Part shown: piece by piece, positions 1 through 8,341 of the stretch
How positions within the stretch are numbered: position 1 is the stretch's first letter
How the letters are laid out: every line of letters begins with the position of its first letter
NCBI GenBank assembly: GCA_038153405.1
Contig: JAYOYH010000025.1
Span: 1 to 36,405, forward strand
Direction: 5' to 3'
From: Gemmatimonadota bacterium
GTDB lineage: Bacteria > Latescibacterota > UBA2968 > UBA8231
Length of the DNA: 36,405 bases
Program-made: the position numbers and the translations under genes
Notes under the pieces: generated by a model
Databases searched by the model: none
Seen by the model: only the letters and a program-made list of their open reading frames with translations
Told to the model about the DNA's origin: nothing

Positions 1-1159
1 GGTCGGGCCACTGTAGATAGGGCTTGTCGGTGGAAATGGCGCGGCCGATGTGCTGGGGAAAGCCGTTGAGAAAGGCGCTAAAGCGGTCGGGGCTGCGATA
101 GGGATGGTTACAAACGATGGTCGCCTGGTGGTTGGGCCCGTCCCAGGTCAGGTCCCAAGATACCAGGTCGATGGGTCCGGCCCCCGTACCCGGCAGGCCT
201 ACCTGCGTCGAGCCCAGCGCGAAGTGGCGGCTCATATAGGTGTACTTGCGCACCGGACGCGCATCTTCGCGCGCATGGCGGTAGATGGTGCGCGGCGCTT
301 TGGTCTTTTTGACGACGTGCGCTGCGCTGCGATCCCACGCCATATCGGCAAAGAGTGCCGGCGGTCTATAACTGGCCGCCACCGATGGGATGGCAAAGCC
401 CTGCGTGTGGGAGACCGGATCGAAGTCGATGCCGCCGAAGTAGAGGTACTGCAGCGGCTGGATACCGCCCAAGCGCGTCCAGGTGTTCTGGCGATAGCCC
501 TCGCGTGAGTGGCCGCCGGCCCAAGCGCCGTTGAAGTACTCCAGTGCCATATCGGCCACCAGCAGGGTGAGCATCTTTTCGACCTGCGCGCGCAGGGCGT
601 CGTCCTGCGCATGCTCGTAGAGACCGATATAGGCCGTCATGTGCTCTATATGGTAGCCGGTCGAGTCGTATTCGTGATGCCCCTGTAAGGCGGTGCGCTC
701 AATAATACCGCTGATCCAGCGCTTGGCCTCAGCAGCTACGGCCGCGGCCGACAGGCCGGACCAGGCAAACTCGGCGTCCGGCCAGCGCTCGGCGGCCAGC
801 AGGATGCCGGCATAGGCCATGAGCCAGTGGTTTTCGGTATTGCCGCGCTCTAGGTGGGCCTCCGTCATAAAGTCGCGTATCAGCGCGACGGCGCTGTCGG
901 GCAGCTGCGCCTCCCAGCGGCACAGAAAGAGCATGCAGGGCAGAATTTCAAAGGGGCCGCCGAGCAGGTCGCGCGCCGGGCATTCGGCCTGGCGCCACAG
1001 TCCGCTGCGTATGATGCCGACGATGTCCTCTTCGCTCGGTCCGTGCGGCATGAGCGCGTGGGCTGCCCACAGGCCGCGGTCGCGTCCTTCGGCGTGCGCC
1101 GAGTCGAGTATCTGCTGGGCGCGCGCGTCTACTGCGGCGTTGTATGCAAGCTGATCCAT
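1..1159 (-). CDS. Uncharacterised protein, 3'-partial (runs off window); possible alpha/alpha-toroid, heparinase II/III or alginate-lyase-like N-terminal fold
   Basis: Absent from the ORF track because it has no stop in the window. My translation from ATG 1159 (TAATG overlap with upstream stop) stays open to base 1: MDQLAYNAAVDARAQQ...RGNTENHWLM...GHHEYDSTGYH...AGGHSREGY. Fold call is inference. Confidence 0.8.
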   Translation of the reverse strand, partial: MDQLAYNAAVDARAQQILDSAHAEGRDRGLWAAHALMPHGPSEEDIVGIIRSGLWRQAECPARDLLGGPFEILPCMLFLCRWEAQLPDSAVALIRDFMTEAHLERGNTENHWLMAYAGILLAAERWPDAEFAWSGLSAAAVAAEAKRWISGIIERTALQGHHEYDSTGYHIEHMTAYIGLYEHAQDDALRAQVEKMLTLLVADMALEYFNGAWAGGHSREGYRQNTWTRLGGIQPLQYLYFGGIDFDPVSHTQGFAIPSVAASYRPPALFADMAWDRSAAHVVKKTKAPRTIYRHAREDARPVRKYTYMSRHFALGSTQVGLPGTGAGPIDLVSWDLTWDGPNHQATIVCNHPYRSPDRFSAFLNGFPQHIGRAISTDKPYLQWPD

Positions 1160-2064
1160 TAGGCACTCTCCTCGGGCGGCAGTATGGCGCGCACGTGCTT
1201 GAATCCGTCGAGCTGGCTCCAGGTCTGACCACCGTCGCCCGTCTGCCAGAGACCGCCGGGACTGGCCCCGGCCAGCCAGCGCTGCGGATCGCGGCGATCG
1301 ACGGCCAGCGTGGCAAAGAGCATGCGCGGTCCCAGTCGCTGCCAGGGGCCCTGCGCGTCGCCGGCGACGATGCCGTGCCCGGTGGCGGCGATAAGCCTGT
1401 TGTCGGCTTCGTTTATATCGTAGACGGCCCCTTCGATATCGCCGCCCATTTTTTCCCAGTGCAGTCCGTCCTCGCTGCTGAAGAGGCCACCGCGTTCGGC
1501 GCCGGCCCAAAAGCGGTCGCAGGTGTAGTAGAGCGCGCGCACCGGTACGTCCCACAGGTCGCTCGGCGCTGCGTGCGCGCCCGACTGCGAATAGACGACG
1601 ACGCCGGCTTCGCTGCCGGCCAGCCAGCGGCTCGCGTCGTTTGGGTCGACGAGCAGGGCGTTGGTGTAGCGCTCATCGGGGCTGAGTGCGTCGGAATGGA
1701 AGGTCCAGCGCGCCGCGCCCAGCGCATCGCGCGCGGCCGTGGCCACGCCGTAGGGACAGCCGGCAATCAGTCCGGGATCGCCGACTATGGGGGCGATGGC
1801 CAGAATTTCCGTCAGCGTTTCGTCGTGCAGCTGAGCCCAGCGCGCCGCGCTGCGCTCCCAGGCGTAGAGGCCGTGGTTGGCACTCAGGACGACGCGTGTT
1901 TCATCGCGCAGCAGGCGAAAGGTCATGGCCTGGTTGTGGCCAACGCGCGTCCACGGGCCGTCCGGCGTGCCGGCGTAGAGGCCGGGGCCCTGGATCACGT
2001 GGATGCCGCTGGTTGCGGTCAGCGTGCCGCCGACCAACCAGCCGGAGCAAAGGTCTCGATTCAT
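1159..2064 (-). CDS. BNR/Asp-box (WD40/YVTN/BNR-like) beta-propeller protein
   Basis: Asp-box motifs SEDGLHW and TGDGGQTW, repeated VDP..P.RWLAG blades. ATG 2064 overlaps upstream TGA (ATGA). No signal peptide seen. Confidence 0.8.
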   Translation of the reverse strand: MNRDLCSGWLVGGTLTATSGIHVIQGPGLYAGTPDGPWTRVGHNQAMTFRLLRDETRVVLSANHGLYAWERSAARWAQLHDETLTEILAIAPIVGDPGLIAGCPYGVATAARDALGAARWTFHSDALSPDERYTNALLVDPNDASRWLAGSEAGVVVYSQSGAHAAPSDLWDVPVRALYYTCDRFWAGAERGGLFSSEDGLHWEKMGGDIEGAVYDINEADNRLIAATGHGIVAGDAQGPWQRLGPRMLFATLAVDRRDPQRWLAGASPGGLWQTGDGGQTWSQLDGFKHVRAILPPEESA

Positions 2065-2930
2065 AGGGCGTCCTCGGCGGGCGTGGCCAGCGAGCGGCGG
2101 CGCTGCTGCCAGCGCCATTTGTGGCTGCCCGAGATGAGCGGTTTTAAGTGGTCGGGCGTTTGCTCGACAAATTCGGCGCTGGGTTCTTGGCCGTTCCAAG
2201 CCTGGTACATCGTCGGCGTGTAGCCGCCGATGACGATGCAGCGCTCGCGGTCGGAGCGGATCTGGCCGGTGGCGTGGATCAGCGCCTCGCCAAAGAGCAG
2301 CGTCGAGCCGGCCGGGGCAACGACTTGGTGTATGAGCGAGGGATCGCCATAGGCCGCTTCGATAATGGCCTCGCGCGGTCCGCCCACCTTGTGACTGCCG
2401 GCGATGCAGACGGTGCCGCCGTCGTCCGGTCCTAGCTCGGTCAGATTGGTCAGCGTCTTTACAAAGGTGCAGTGGTAGAGGTCGTTGGCCGTATAGGTGC
2501 CCACGTCGGGCCAGGTGCCCACGTGAAAGCCGTAGCGCGGCGGCGCGGAAACGTCGGTATCCGGGGCGCGCGTATTGATAACGGCCTCCGACTCTTCCAA
2601 GCGCACGTCGCCGCCGACGAGCTCTTCGGCCATGCCGACTAAGCGCGGATGGGTCAGATAATCAAAGATGGCCGGATCGGCTTCGAGAATGTGGGCAAAG
2701 TGCAGGTGGTGTGGCCTATGGGCCGTTAGACGGCAGTTGCGCACGCGCGCTGAAGCCGGATCGTCGCTGGCTAGCAGGTCGTGCCTGAGGCGCTGCATGG
2801 CCTCGAGCAGGTGTCCCGTCTCGCCCTCGGACAGCGCGTTTTCAATGACGACGTAGCCGTAGACGTCGAGGTGGTAGCGCTGGGCTGGTGTGAGCGCGGG
2901 AAAGGGCCGCTTAAAGAATTCGTCTGTCAT
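2061..2930 (-). CDS. Phytanoyl-CoA dioxygenase (PhyH)-family Fe(II)/2OG enzyme with atypical HxG motif
   Basis: N-terminal LTPAQRYHLDVYGYVVIENAL, GGT..IAGSHK, PAGS.LLF...LIH, Arg in RERC. First iron motif is FHVG instead of HxD. Confidence 0.88.
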   Translation of the reverse strand: MTDEFFKRPFPALTPAQRYHLDVYGYVVIENALSEGETGHLLEAMQRLRHDLLASDDPASARVRNCRLTAHRPHHLHFAHILEADPAIFDYLTHPRLVGMAEELVGGDVRLEESEAVINTRAPDTDVSAPPRYGFHVGTWPDVGTYTANDLYHCTFVKTLTNLTELGPDDGGTVCIAGSHKVGGPREAIIEAAYGDPSLIHQVVAPAGSTLLFGEALIHATGQIRSDRERCIVIGGYTPTMYQAWNGQEPSAEFVEQTPDHLKPLISGSHKWRWQQRRRSLATPAEDAL

Positions 2931-2962
2931 AGTGCGCCACGCGGTGATAGGTGTGGGGTGGC

Positions 2963-2992
2963 AATATAAGGAGGTTGGCGCGCGCCGGACAA
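2963..2992 (-). promoter_or_regulatory. Possible sigma70-type promoter for the phyH/BNR/toroid operon
   Basis: Minus strand TTGTCC-N18-TATATT in the 130-nt gap upstream of ATG 2930. Confidence 0.35.
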
Positions 2993-3060
2993 TGAGCCGT
3001 TCGGAGCGCCGCTATCGCGCGGGACGAACGGGAAGAATGAAGATAGGTTACAATGGGATA

Positions 3061-4227
3061 CTACCGACCGAAGACGACGTTTTCCCGCGTGAAGAGGCGG
3101 GCGGTGACCCATACGCACAGCAGGCCGAGCACCAGCGAGGAAAGGCCCGTGGCCGCGTAGGACAGCAGCGATACGGGTTCGCCGCTGACGACCTCTGTCA
3201 TCAGGACCTGCTGGCCCAGCACGGGAATGGGTGCCATCCACCACTCGTTGCCCAACGAGTAGATCTGCGCGATCACGCTGGGCGCCATCGGCACGATGAT
3301 CATCAGCGAAATATAGGTCTGCGCCTCTTTGAACGAGCGCGCAAAGGAGGCGACCAGCACCTGGGCGCCCGAGGCGAAAAAGGCCAGCGGCAGCGTAGCC
3401 AGCAGCACGCCGGCGACTTCGGGTGCGCCTAGGTTGAGCTGAATGCCCAATTCCTGCCACGACACGCGCCGCATCGCCAAGACGAGGCTGACCAGCGTTA
3501 GAGCAACGCCGGCACAGGAAAACACCACGGCGCTCAGCCACTTGCCCATCAGCAGCGACAGGCGCGAAACGGGGTTGACCAGCAGCGGCTCCAGCGAATG
3601 GCGCTCGCGCTCGCCGGCCGTGGTATCGACGGCCAGATTCATGCCAGAGATGAAAGCGGCTAAGATCAAGTACATCGGGATAAAGACCATAAAGTGGGCG
3701 GCCCGCTGACGCTCGCTGGCGATGTCGACCGTTTCCACCGATATGGGCTGGCCGAGCTGCGGGCTAATGCCGCGGGCGATAAGCCGCAGCCGGCCCATCA
3801 TGCGACTATAGCTCTCAACTAGACTGTGTGCGCGGCCGATCGAGGCGCCGGCGTCCTTCTTAGTCCCGTCGCGCACCAACTCGATTTCGGCCGTGCGCGC
3901 CTTGGCCAGATCGCCGGCAAAGTCTTCGGGAATGATCAGCACAAAGTCGACCGTGCCGTCGCGCACCGCTTCTTCGGGGTCGAGCGGTCCTTCGACGACG
4001 GTGTAGCCGCGGCGCTCGATCCAGTCGATCAGGCCGGGTGCTCGCTCGGCGCCGACAATGGGTATTTCCACGTCCTGCGATTCGCGCTGGCGCTCGGTTA
4101 CGGTGTTGAACATGAAGCTGATGAAGAGTGGACCAATCATCGGAAAAATAATGGCCGACATCATAGAGCGCCGATCGCGCAGGCCGTCTATCAGCTCCTT
4201 TTTGAGCACGGCGAGGACGGCGTTCAT
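3061..4227 (-). CDS. ABC-2 type exporter permease, NatB-like
   Basis: KKELIDGLRDRR start, AGERERHSLEPLLVNP...GKW and FARSFKEAQTY motifs, several TM segments. ATG 4227 overlaps the ATPase stop. Confidence 0.92.
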   Translation of the reverse strand: MNAVLAVLKKELIDGLRDRRSMMSAIIFPMIGPLFISFMFNTVTERQRESQDVEIPIVGAERAPGLIDWIERRGYTVVEGPLDPEEAVRDGTVDFVLIIPEDFAGDLAKARTAEIELVRDGTKKDAGASIGRAHSLVESYSRMMGRLRLIARGISPQLGQPISVETVDIASERQRAAHFMVFIPMYLILAAFISGMNLAVDTTAGERERHSLEPLLVNPVSRLSLLMGKWLSAVVFSCAGVALTLVSLVLAMRRVSWQELGIQLNLGAPEVAGVLLATLPLAFFASGAQVLVASFARSFKEAQTYISLMIIVPMAPSVIAQIYSLGNEWWMAPIPVLGQQVLMTEVVSGEPVSLLSYAATGLSSLVLGLLCVWVTARLFTRENVVFGR

Positions 4228-4955
4228 CGCGTCACCTCGTCTATGCCGGTCAGCGCGACAAAGGCGTCTTCCAACGTGTCGTGGCCGCTCTGCGCTAAGA
4301 GCTCGTCCGCCGTGCCCTGGGCGACGATGCGCCCGGCTGAAATAATGATGATGCGGTCGCACAGCGCCGAGACTTCCTGCATGATATGGCTGGAAAAGAG
4401 CACGCACTTGCCCGCCGCGCGCATCTGGCGAATCATGGTGCGCATGGCGCGCGTGCCCAGTACGTCGAGGCCGTTGGTTGGTTCGTCGAGCAGCACGTTG
4501 TTGGGGTTGTGTACGAGGGCGCGTCCGAGCGCCACTTTGACGCGCTCACCCTGGGAAAAGCCCTCGGCGCGACGATCGGCAATGCCGCTCATATCCAGAT
4601 CGCGTACGAGCTCGTCAATGCGCGCTTCGAGCATCGACCGACCCACGCCCTGCAGCTGGCCAAAGTAGCGCAGGTGCTCGCGGGCCGTCAGACGCGGGTA
4701 GAGGCCGCGCGAGTCGGGCAGGATGCCCATGCGCGCCTGGGCGCCCTGCGGATCGCGCGCGACGTCGATGCCGTCGACTTCCATGCGGCCGTCGTCGCAG
4801 TGCATGAGGCCGTAAAGCATGCGCAGCGTCGTCGTCTTACCCGCCCCATTGGGGCCGAGCAGACCGGTTACCTGGCCATCGGGCACCTCGAAGTCTACGC
4901 CGTCGACGGCGGCTACCGCACCGAAGCGTTTGTGCAACCCCTCGATATGAATCAC
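4224..4955 (-). CDS. ABC transporter ATP-binding protein, NatA-like
   Basis: Walker A GPNGAGKTT, signature FSQGE, Walker B LLDEPTNGLD, H-loop SSH. GTG start in a GTGA overlap. Confidence 0.95.
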   Translation of the reverse strand: MIHIEGLHKRFGAVAAVDGVDFEVPDGQVTGLLGPNGAGKTTTLRMLYGLMHCDDGRMEVDGIDVARDPQGAQARMGILPDSRGLYPRLTAREHLRYFGQLQGVGRSMLEARIDELVRDLDMSGIADRRAEGFSQGERVKVALGRALVHNPNNVLLDEPTNGLDVLGTRAMRTMIRQMRAAGKCVLFSSHIMQEVSALCDRIIIISAGRIVAQGTADELLAQSGHDTLEDAFVALTGIDEVTR

Positions 4956-6415
4956 GGGTCAGTCTCCTCGTCCGCAGCGCTGCCATAGCCCGTGTACGAG
5001 GTGAAAAACGGCGGGCGATCGAGCGAATCGACGCATTCGACATCGAGCGCTTCGGCGCTGCCTTCGTCGATAAACTGCGCGATGAGTTTGGGCACGCAGC
5101 CGTTGGGCGTGGCACCGTGGCCGACACCGGGCACGACGATGTGGCGCGCGTTGGGCAGGTGCTCGGCCACCGATGCGCCCCAGCGCGGTGGCGTAACGGG
5201 GTCGAGGTCGCCGGACAGGACGAGCGTCGGATGCTCGGTGGCGACGGGGGCGTGGTAGTTGGCCGGCAGGTCGCCGCGCGGCCACGAGGCGCAGATTTGC
5301 TGCATCATATCCGTGGCTTCGGGCCCAAAAAAGCTGCCGGGTAGCCCCTGCCTATCAGCCTCTCCGATAAAGGGCACGTCCTCGCTGCAGACGACGGAGT
5401 AGAACATGCCCTGGCTCATCTTGCTGGAGATGTCTTCCCACGGATCGCCCAGCGCCGCCAGCGGCGCGTAGTCGCCGGCGTGGGCTCGATCAACGACGAG
5501 CGGTATCAGCGCGGAGAGCTCGGCGCTGTAAAGCGCGGCGCGCACGAGCGAGGCGATGCCGTAGCTGCGCAGCGGGGCGCGGATGGTCTGGCCCGTGCGC
5601 GGGTGCTGGAAAGAGATTTCTACCGGTTCGGCAAAGCGCGCTAGCAGCGAATCAAACTTGGTGCCAATATCGCCATAGGTGGCTGCGCACTGGGCGTCGG
5701 CCGCGCAGTCGGACCAGAGCTTGTCGAGGGCGCGTTGGGCGTCGGCACCCATGTGCAGCGGCAGGCGAATTTCCGGTGGGGCGAGCCCGTCGAGAATGGC
5801 GCTGCGCACGCGTTCGGGATGGCGGCGCATATAGACGAGCGCTGCGCGCGTGCCGTAGGAGCCGCCCCAGACGTTGATGCGCTCGTAGCCCAGCGCCTGG
5901 CGCACATCGTCGATATCGTCCATGGCGATGGGCGTGGTGTAGAGGCGTAGGTCGGCATCGTAGCCATCGCGGCATGCGCTCAAGCGTTCGATTGCCCACC
6001 CAATGGGATCCTGCTGGTAGAGTGTCGAGTCGGCGTCGTTGATGGCGCAGTCGAGCGCGCCCGATGCGCCCGTGCCGCGTTGGTCGACCAGCACGATGTC
6101 GCGCTTTTCGCGCACCCGGCGCAGGGCGGATTCAGCTAATCCGGCCAGTTCGGTCGATCCCATACCCGGTCCGCCGGCAAAGGCAAAGAGCGGATCGGGG
6201 GCCGGATTGCGGCTGAAAGCGGGCAATACGGCGATGTGGAGGGCGATGGTGCGGCCCTGCTGGGCCTGGCGATCTTCGTATACCTCTAAGGTGCCGCACT
6301 CGGCGCCCGATGCTTTGATCTGTCCGGCCGGGCAGGGCGTCAGGCTGAGTGTGGTGGCGTAGGCCCACTGGGGTAGCGCGCAGGCTAGGAGGGCAATGGC
6401 GTGTCGAATGGTCAT
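4952..6415 (-). CDS. Secreted alpha/beta hydrolase, TAP-like / S33 peptidase type
   Basis: Signal peptide MTIRHAIALLACALPQWAYA, AGGPG, DQRGTG, nucleophile elbow GGSYG, acid GDLDPVTP, His in GVGHG. Confidence 0.9.
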   Translation of the reverse strand: MTIRHAIALLACALPQWAYATTLSLTPCPAGQIKASGAECGTLEVYEDRQAQQGRTIALHIAVLPAFSRNPAPDPLFAFAGGPGMGSTELAGLAESALRRVREKRDIVLVDQRGTGASGALDCAINDADSTLYQQDPIGWAIERLSACRDGYDADLRLYTTPIAMDDIDDVRQALGYERINVWGGSYGTRAALVYMRRHPERVRSAILDGLAPPEIRLPLHMGADAQRALDKLWSDCAADAQCAATYGDIGTKFDSLLARFAEPVEISFQHPRTGQTIRAPLRSYGIASLVRAALYSAELSALIPLVVDRAHAGDYAPLAALGDPWEDISSKMSQGMFYSVVCSEDVPFIGEADRQGLPGSFFGPEATDMMQQICASWPRGDLPANYHAPVATEHPTLVLSGDLDPVTPPRWGASVAEHLPNARHIVVPGVGHGATPNGCVPKLIAQFIDEGSAEALDVECVDSLDRPPFFTSYTGYGSAADEETDP

Positions 6416-6425
6416 AAGGCAGACA

Positions 6426-6454
6426 AGTATACCCAAAAAAATCCAACTTGTCGA
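6426..6454 (-). promoter_or_regulatory. Sigma70-type promoter of the hydrolase-natAB-like operon
   Basis: Minus strand TCGACA-N17-TATACT ending 10 nt before ATG 6415. No Shine-Dalgarno. Confidence 0.55.
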
Positions 6455-6523
6455 GCGGTGAGGGGGGTGTGGGCACCGGTTGTCCAAGCGGTGTAATACG
6501 GTATTTGCAGAGAAAAAATATTA

Positions 6524-6553
6524 TTGTACAAATAAAAGTACTTAAAAAGTACA
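6524..6553. promoter_or_regulatory. Distal array of three GTAC-core palindromes (Phd/YefM-type operator)
   Basis: TTGTACAA, AAGTACTT and AGTACA with cores at 6526, 6538, 6549 in AT-rich DNA. TGTACA is the known YefM-YoeB operator core. Confidence 0.6.
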
Positions 6554-6668
6554 TATGGGCATAGTGGTGGTCTGTTGCGCTACCGTATGAGCCGTACGCG
6601 GTATATTGCGAACACTTATCCGGGATTTTTGCCGGCTGGCCTATTTTTGCTGTCCAAAAACGGCTTAC

Positions 6669-6698
6669 ATGTACATATTTAAGATCAAATAAAGTACA
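6669..6698. promoter_or_regulatory. Proximal TA autoregulatory operator array
   Basis: ATGTACAT, aaGATCaa and AGTACA with cores at 6671, 6683, 6694, directly upstream of the antitoxin ATG. Confidence 0.65.
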
Positions 6699-6711
6699 AA
6701 AGGATGCTCAT

Positions 6712-6984
6712 ATGGAGAAGATGCTTTCAATAGCCGAGGCGCGTCGCGCCCTCAACCGCCTGCCAGACCACTTTGCGCAGACCCCGGATGCCGGTGCGGT
6801 GGCCATAACGCGCCGCGGTAAACCGGTGCTGGCGGTCTTGTCCTGGGCGCAGTACGAGGCGCTGGTCGAGACGCTCGATATTTTGGGCGACGAGGAGCAG
6901 ACGGCCCAGCTGCGCCGCGCCGTGGCTGAGGTCGAAGCGGGAGCGGGGCGGATGTGGGAAGAGAGCGGGGAGGGCGGACCGTGA
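6712..6984 (+). CDS. Type II antitoxin, Phd/YefM family
   Basis: 90 aa; SIAEARRAL...VAITRRGKPVLAVLS...ETLDIL pattern; AGGA RBS; coupled to a RelE-like gene. Confidence 0.92.
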   Translation: MEKMLSIAEARRALNRLPDHFAQTPDAGAVAITRRGKPVLAVLSWAQYEALVETLDILGDEEQTAQLRRAVAEVEAGAGRMWEESGEGGP

Positions 6985-7298
6985 ACTATCAGATTGCGCT
7001 GGCCCCGGCGGCCGAGGCCGTGCTCAACGGCCTGCTCAACAAAGGGCTGCGCGCGACCCTCGAGCGGCGCATAGAGGGGCTGCGCCAAGATCCGGCCGAA
7101 CAGGGACTGGCCCTAGTCTCTTCGCTGCGGGGGCTGTATGCGCTGCGCACGCAGGGCGGCTGGTGTCGCATCGTCTATCGGGTCGGCAGCGGGCAGGTGG
7201 ACGTACTGGCGCTGCACATGGGCACGGGCAGCGCCGCCCTGACGGAGCGCGATTGGCCAGCGCTGGCCCGGCGCCTGTTTCGCCTGCGCCTGCTCTAG
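6981..7298 (+). CDS. Type II toxin, RelE/ParE family, possibly degenerate
   Basis: GTG start overlapping the antitoxin TGA; 105 aa; YQIALAPAA...IEGLRQDP...LRGLYALR...RIVYRV pattern. Confidence 0.82.
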   Translation: MNYQIALAPAAEAVLNGLLNKGLRATLERRIEGLRQDPAEQGLALVSSLRGLYALRTQGGWCRIVYRVGSGQVDVLALHMGTGSAALTERDWPALARRLFRLRLL

Positions 7299-8341
7299 CC
7301 GTCCTGCGGGTAGCGCAGCCCGATTTGTGCGCGCCACTGATCGAGCAGGCGCATATTGCCGAGGCTGTCGTCCCAGCCCATCGTCGGCGACTGGCGCGCG
7401 TCGATGTGTGCGGCCACGATGTCGGCTTCGTAGGTGAAGAGGTCGCGGTCGACGGCCACTTCAATGTGCTCGGCTGTGCCTCCGCGCTCCAATATGAGCT
7501 CGCTGGAGGGAAAAGTCGTGTCGGGCGGCAGCGCTTGCTGTGCGGTGCGGCACGGCGATGAAGGTAGCCACGGTTCCGGCACGCGCAGAATGCCCTCTTC
7601 GCCAAAGACGGCAATCTCGCCGGGCAAGTTGCAGGCGACGCCCGTGCTGATTTCGCCGATCACGTCGTTAGCAAAGCGCAGCGTGGCCGCCGCGTAGTAG
7701 TCGACGCCGCTTTCGCCGATGACGCCGCTGGCGTTGACTTCCGTTGGATCGAGAAAGGGCTGTCCTGAGGCGGCACCGGCGACAAAACGCGCCGCCGAAG
7801 CGGGATAGCAGCCTACATCCATGATGCCGCCGCCGCCCAAGTCGCGGCGGTAGGCGCGCGAGTCCGGACTGAAGCCGGCTCGGTAGCCGAAGGCCGAGCG
7901 CACGACGCGCACCGCGCCAATGGCCCCGTCGGCAATTAAGTCGGCGACCTTTTGCATCTGCGGATGGCAGCGATACATAAAGGCTTCCATGAGAAAGACG
8001 TCGTTGCTGCGCGCTGCTTCGACCATGGCTTCGACCTGCATGGCATTCATGCCCATTGGTTTTTCCACCAAGATATGCTTGCCTGCCGCGGCCGCTTTTT
8101 CCACCCATTCTAGGTGCGCCGGATGGATGGTCGCAATGTAGACGGCGTCTATCCCATCGTCGGCTAGCAGTGCTTCGTACGAGGTGTGCACCTTCCCAAT
8201 CGAAAAGAGATCGGCCAACTGCTGTGCTCTTTGCTCGTCGCGGCTGGCCACGGCCACCGCCTCGCCCGTCTGCGAAAAGCGCAGGCCGTTGCAAAAGACG
8301 CGCGCGATCTGGCCCGGTCCAAGGATGCCCCAGCGAATCAT
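7295..8341 (-). CDS. Gfo/Idh/MocA family oxidoreductase
   Basis: IRWGILGPGQIA, AGKHILVEKP, EAFMYRCHPQ, GGGIMDVGCY. Confidence 0.95.
   Translation of the reverse strand: MIRWGILGPGQIARVFCNGLRFSQTGEAVAVASRDEQRAQQLADLFSIGKVHTSYEALLADDGIDAVYIATIHPAHLEWVEKAAAAGKHILVEKPMGMNAMQVEAMVEAARSNDVFLMEAFMYRCHPQMQKVADLIADGAIGAVRVVRSAFGYRAGFSPDSRAYRRDLGGGGIMDVGCYPASAARFVAGAASGQPFLDPTEVNASGVIGESGVDYYAAATLRFANDVIGEISTGVACNLPGEIAVFGEEGILRVPEPWLPSSPCRTAQQALPPDTTFPSSELILERGGTAEHIEVAVDRDLFTYEADIVAAHIDARQSPTMGWDDSLGNMRLLDQWRAQIGLRYPQDG

Noticed and set aside
1144..2223. 359-aa plus-strand ORF
   Set aside because: Antisense shadow of the BNR gene; no motifs; typical of GC-rich DNA.
6555..6590. 11-codon ORF MGIVVVCCATV right after the distal operator array
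   Set aside because: No RBS, too short, no supporting evidence for a leader or type I toxin peptide.
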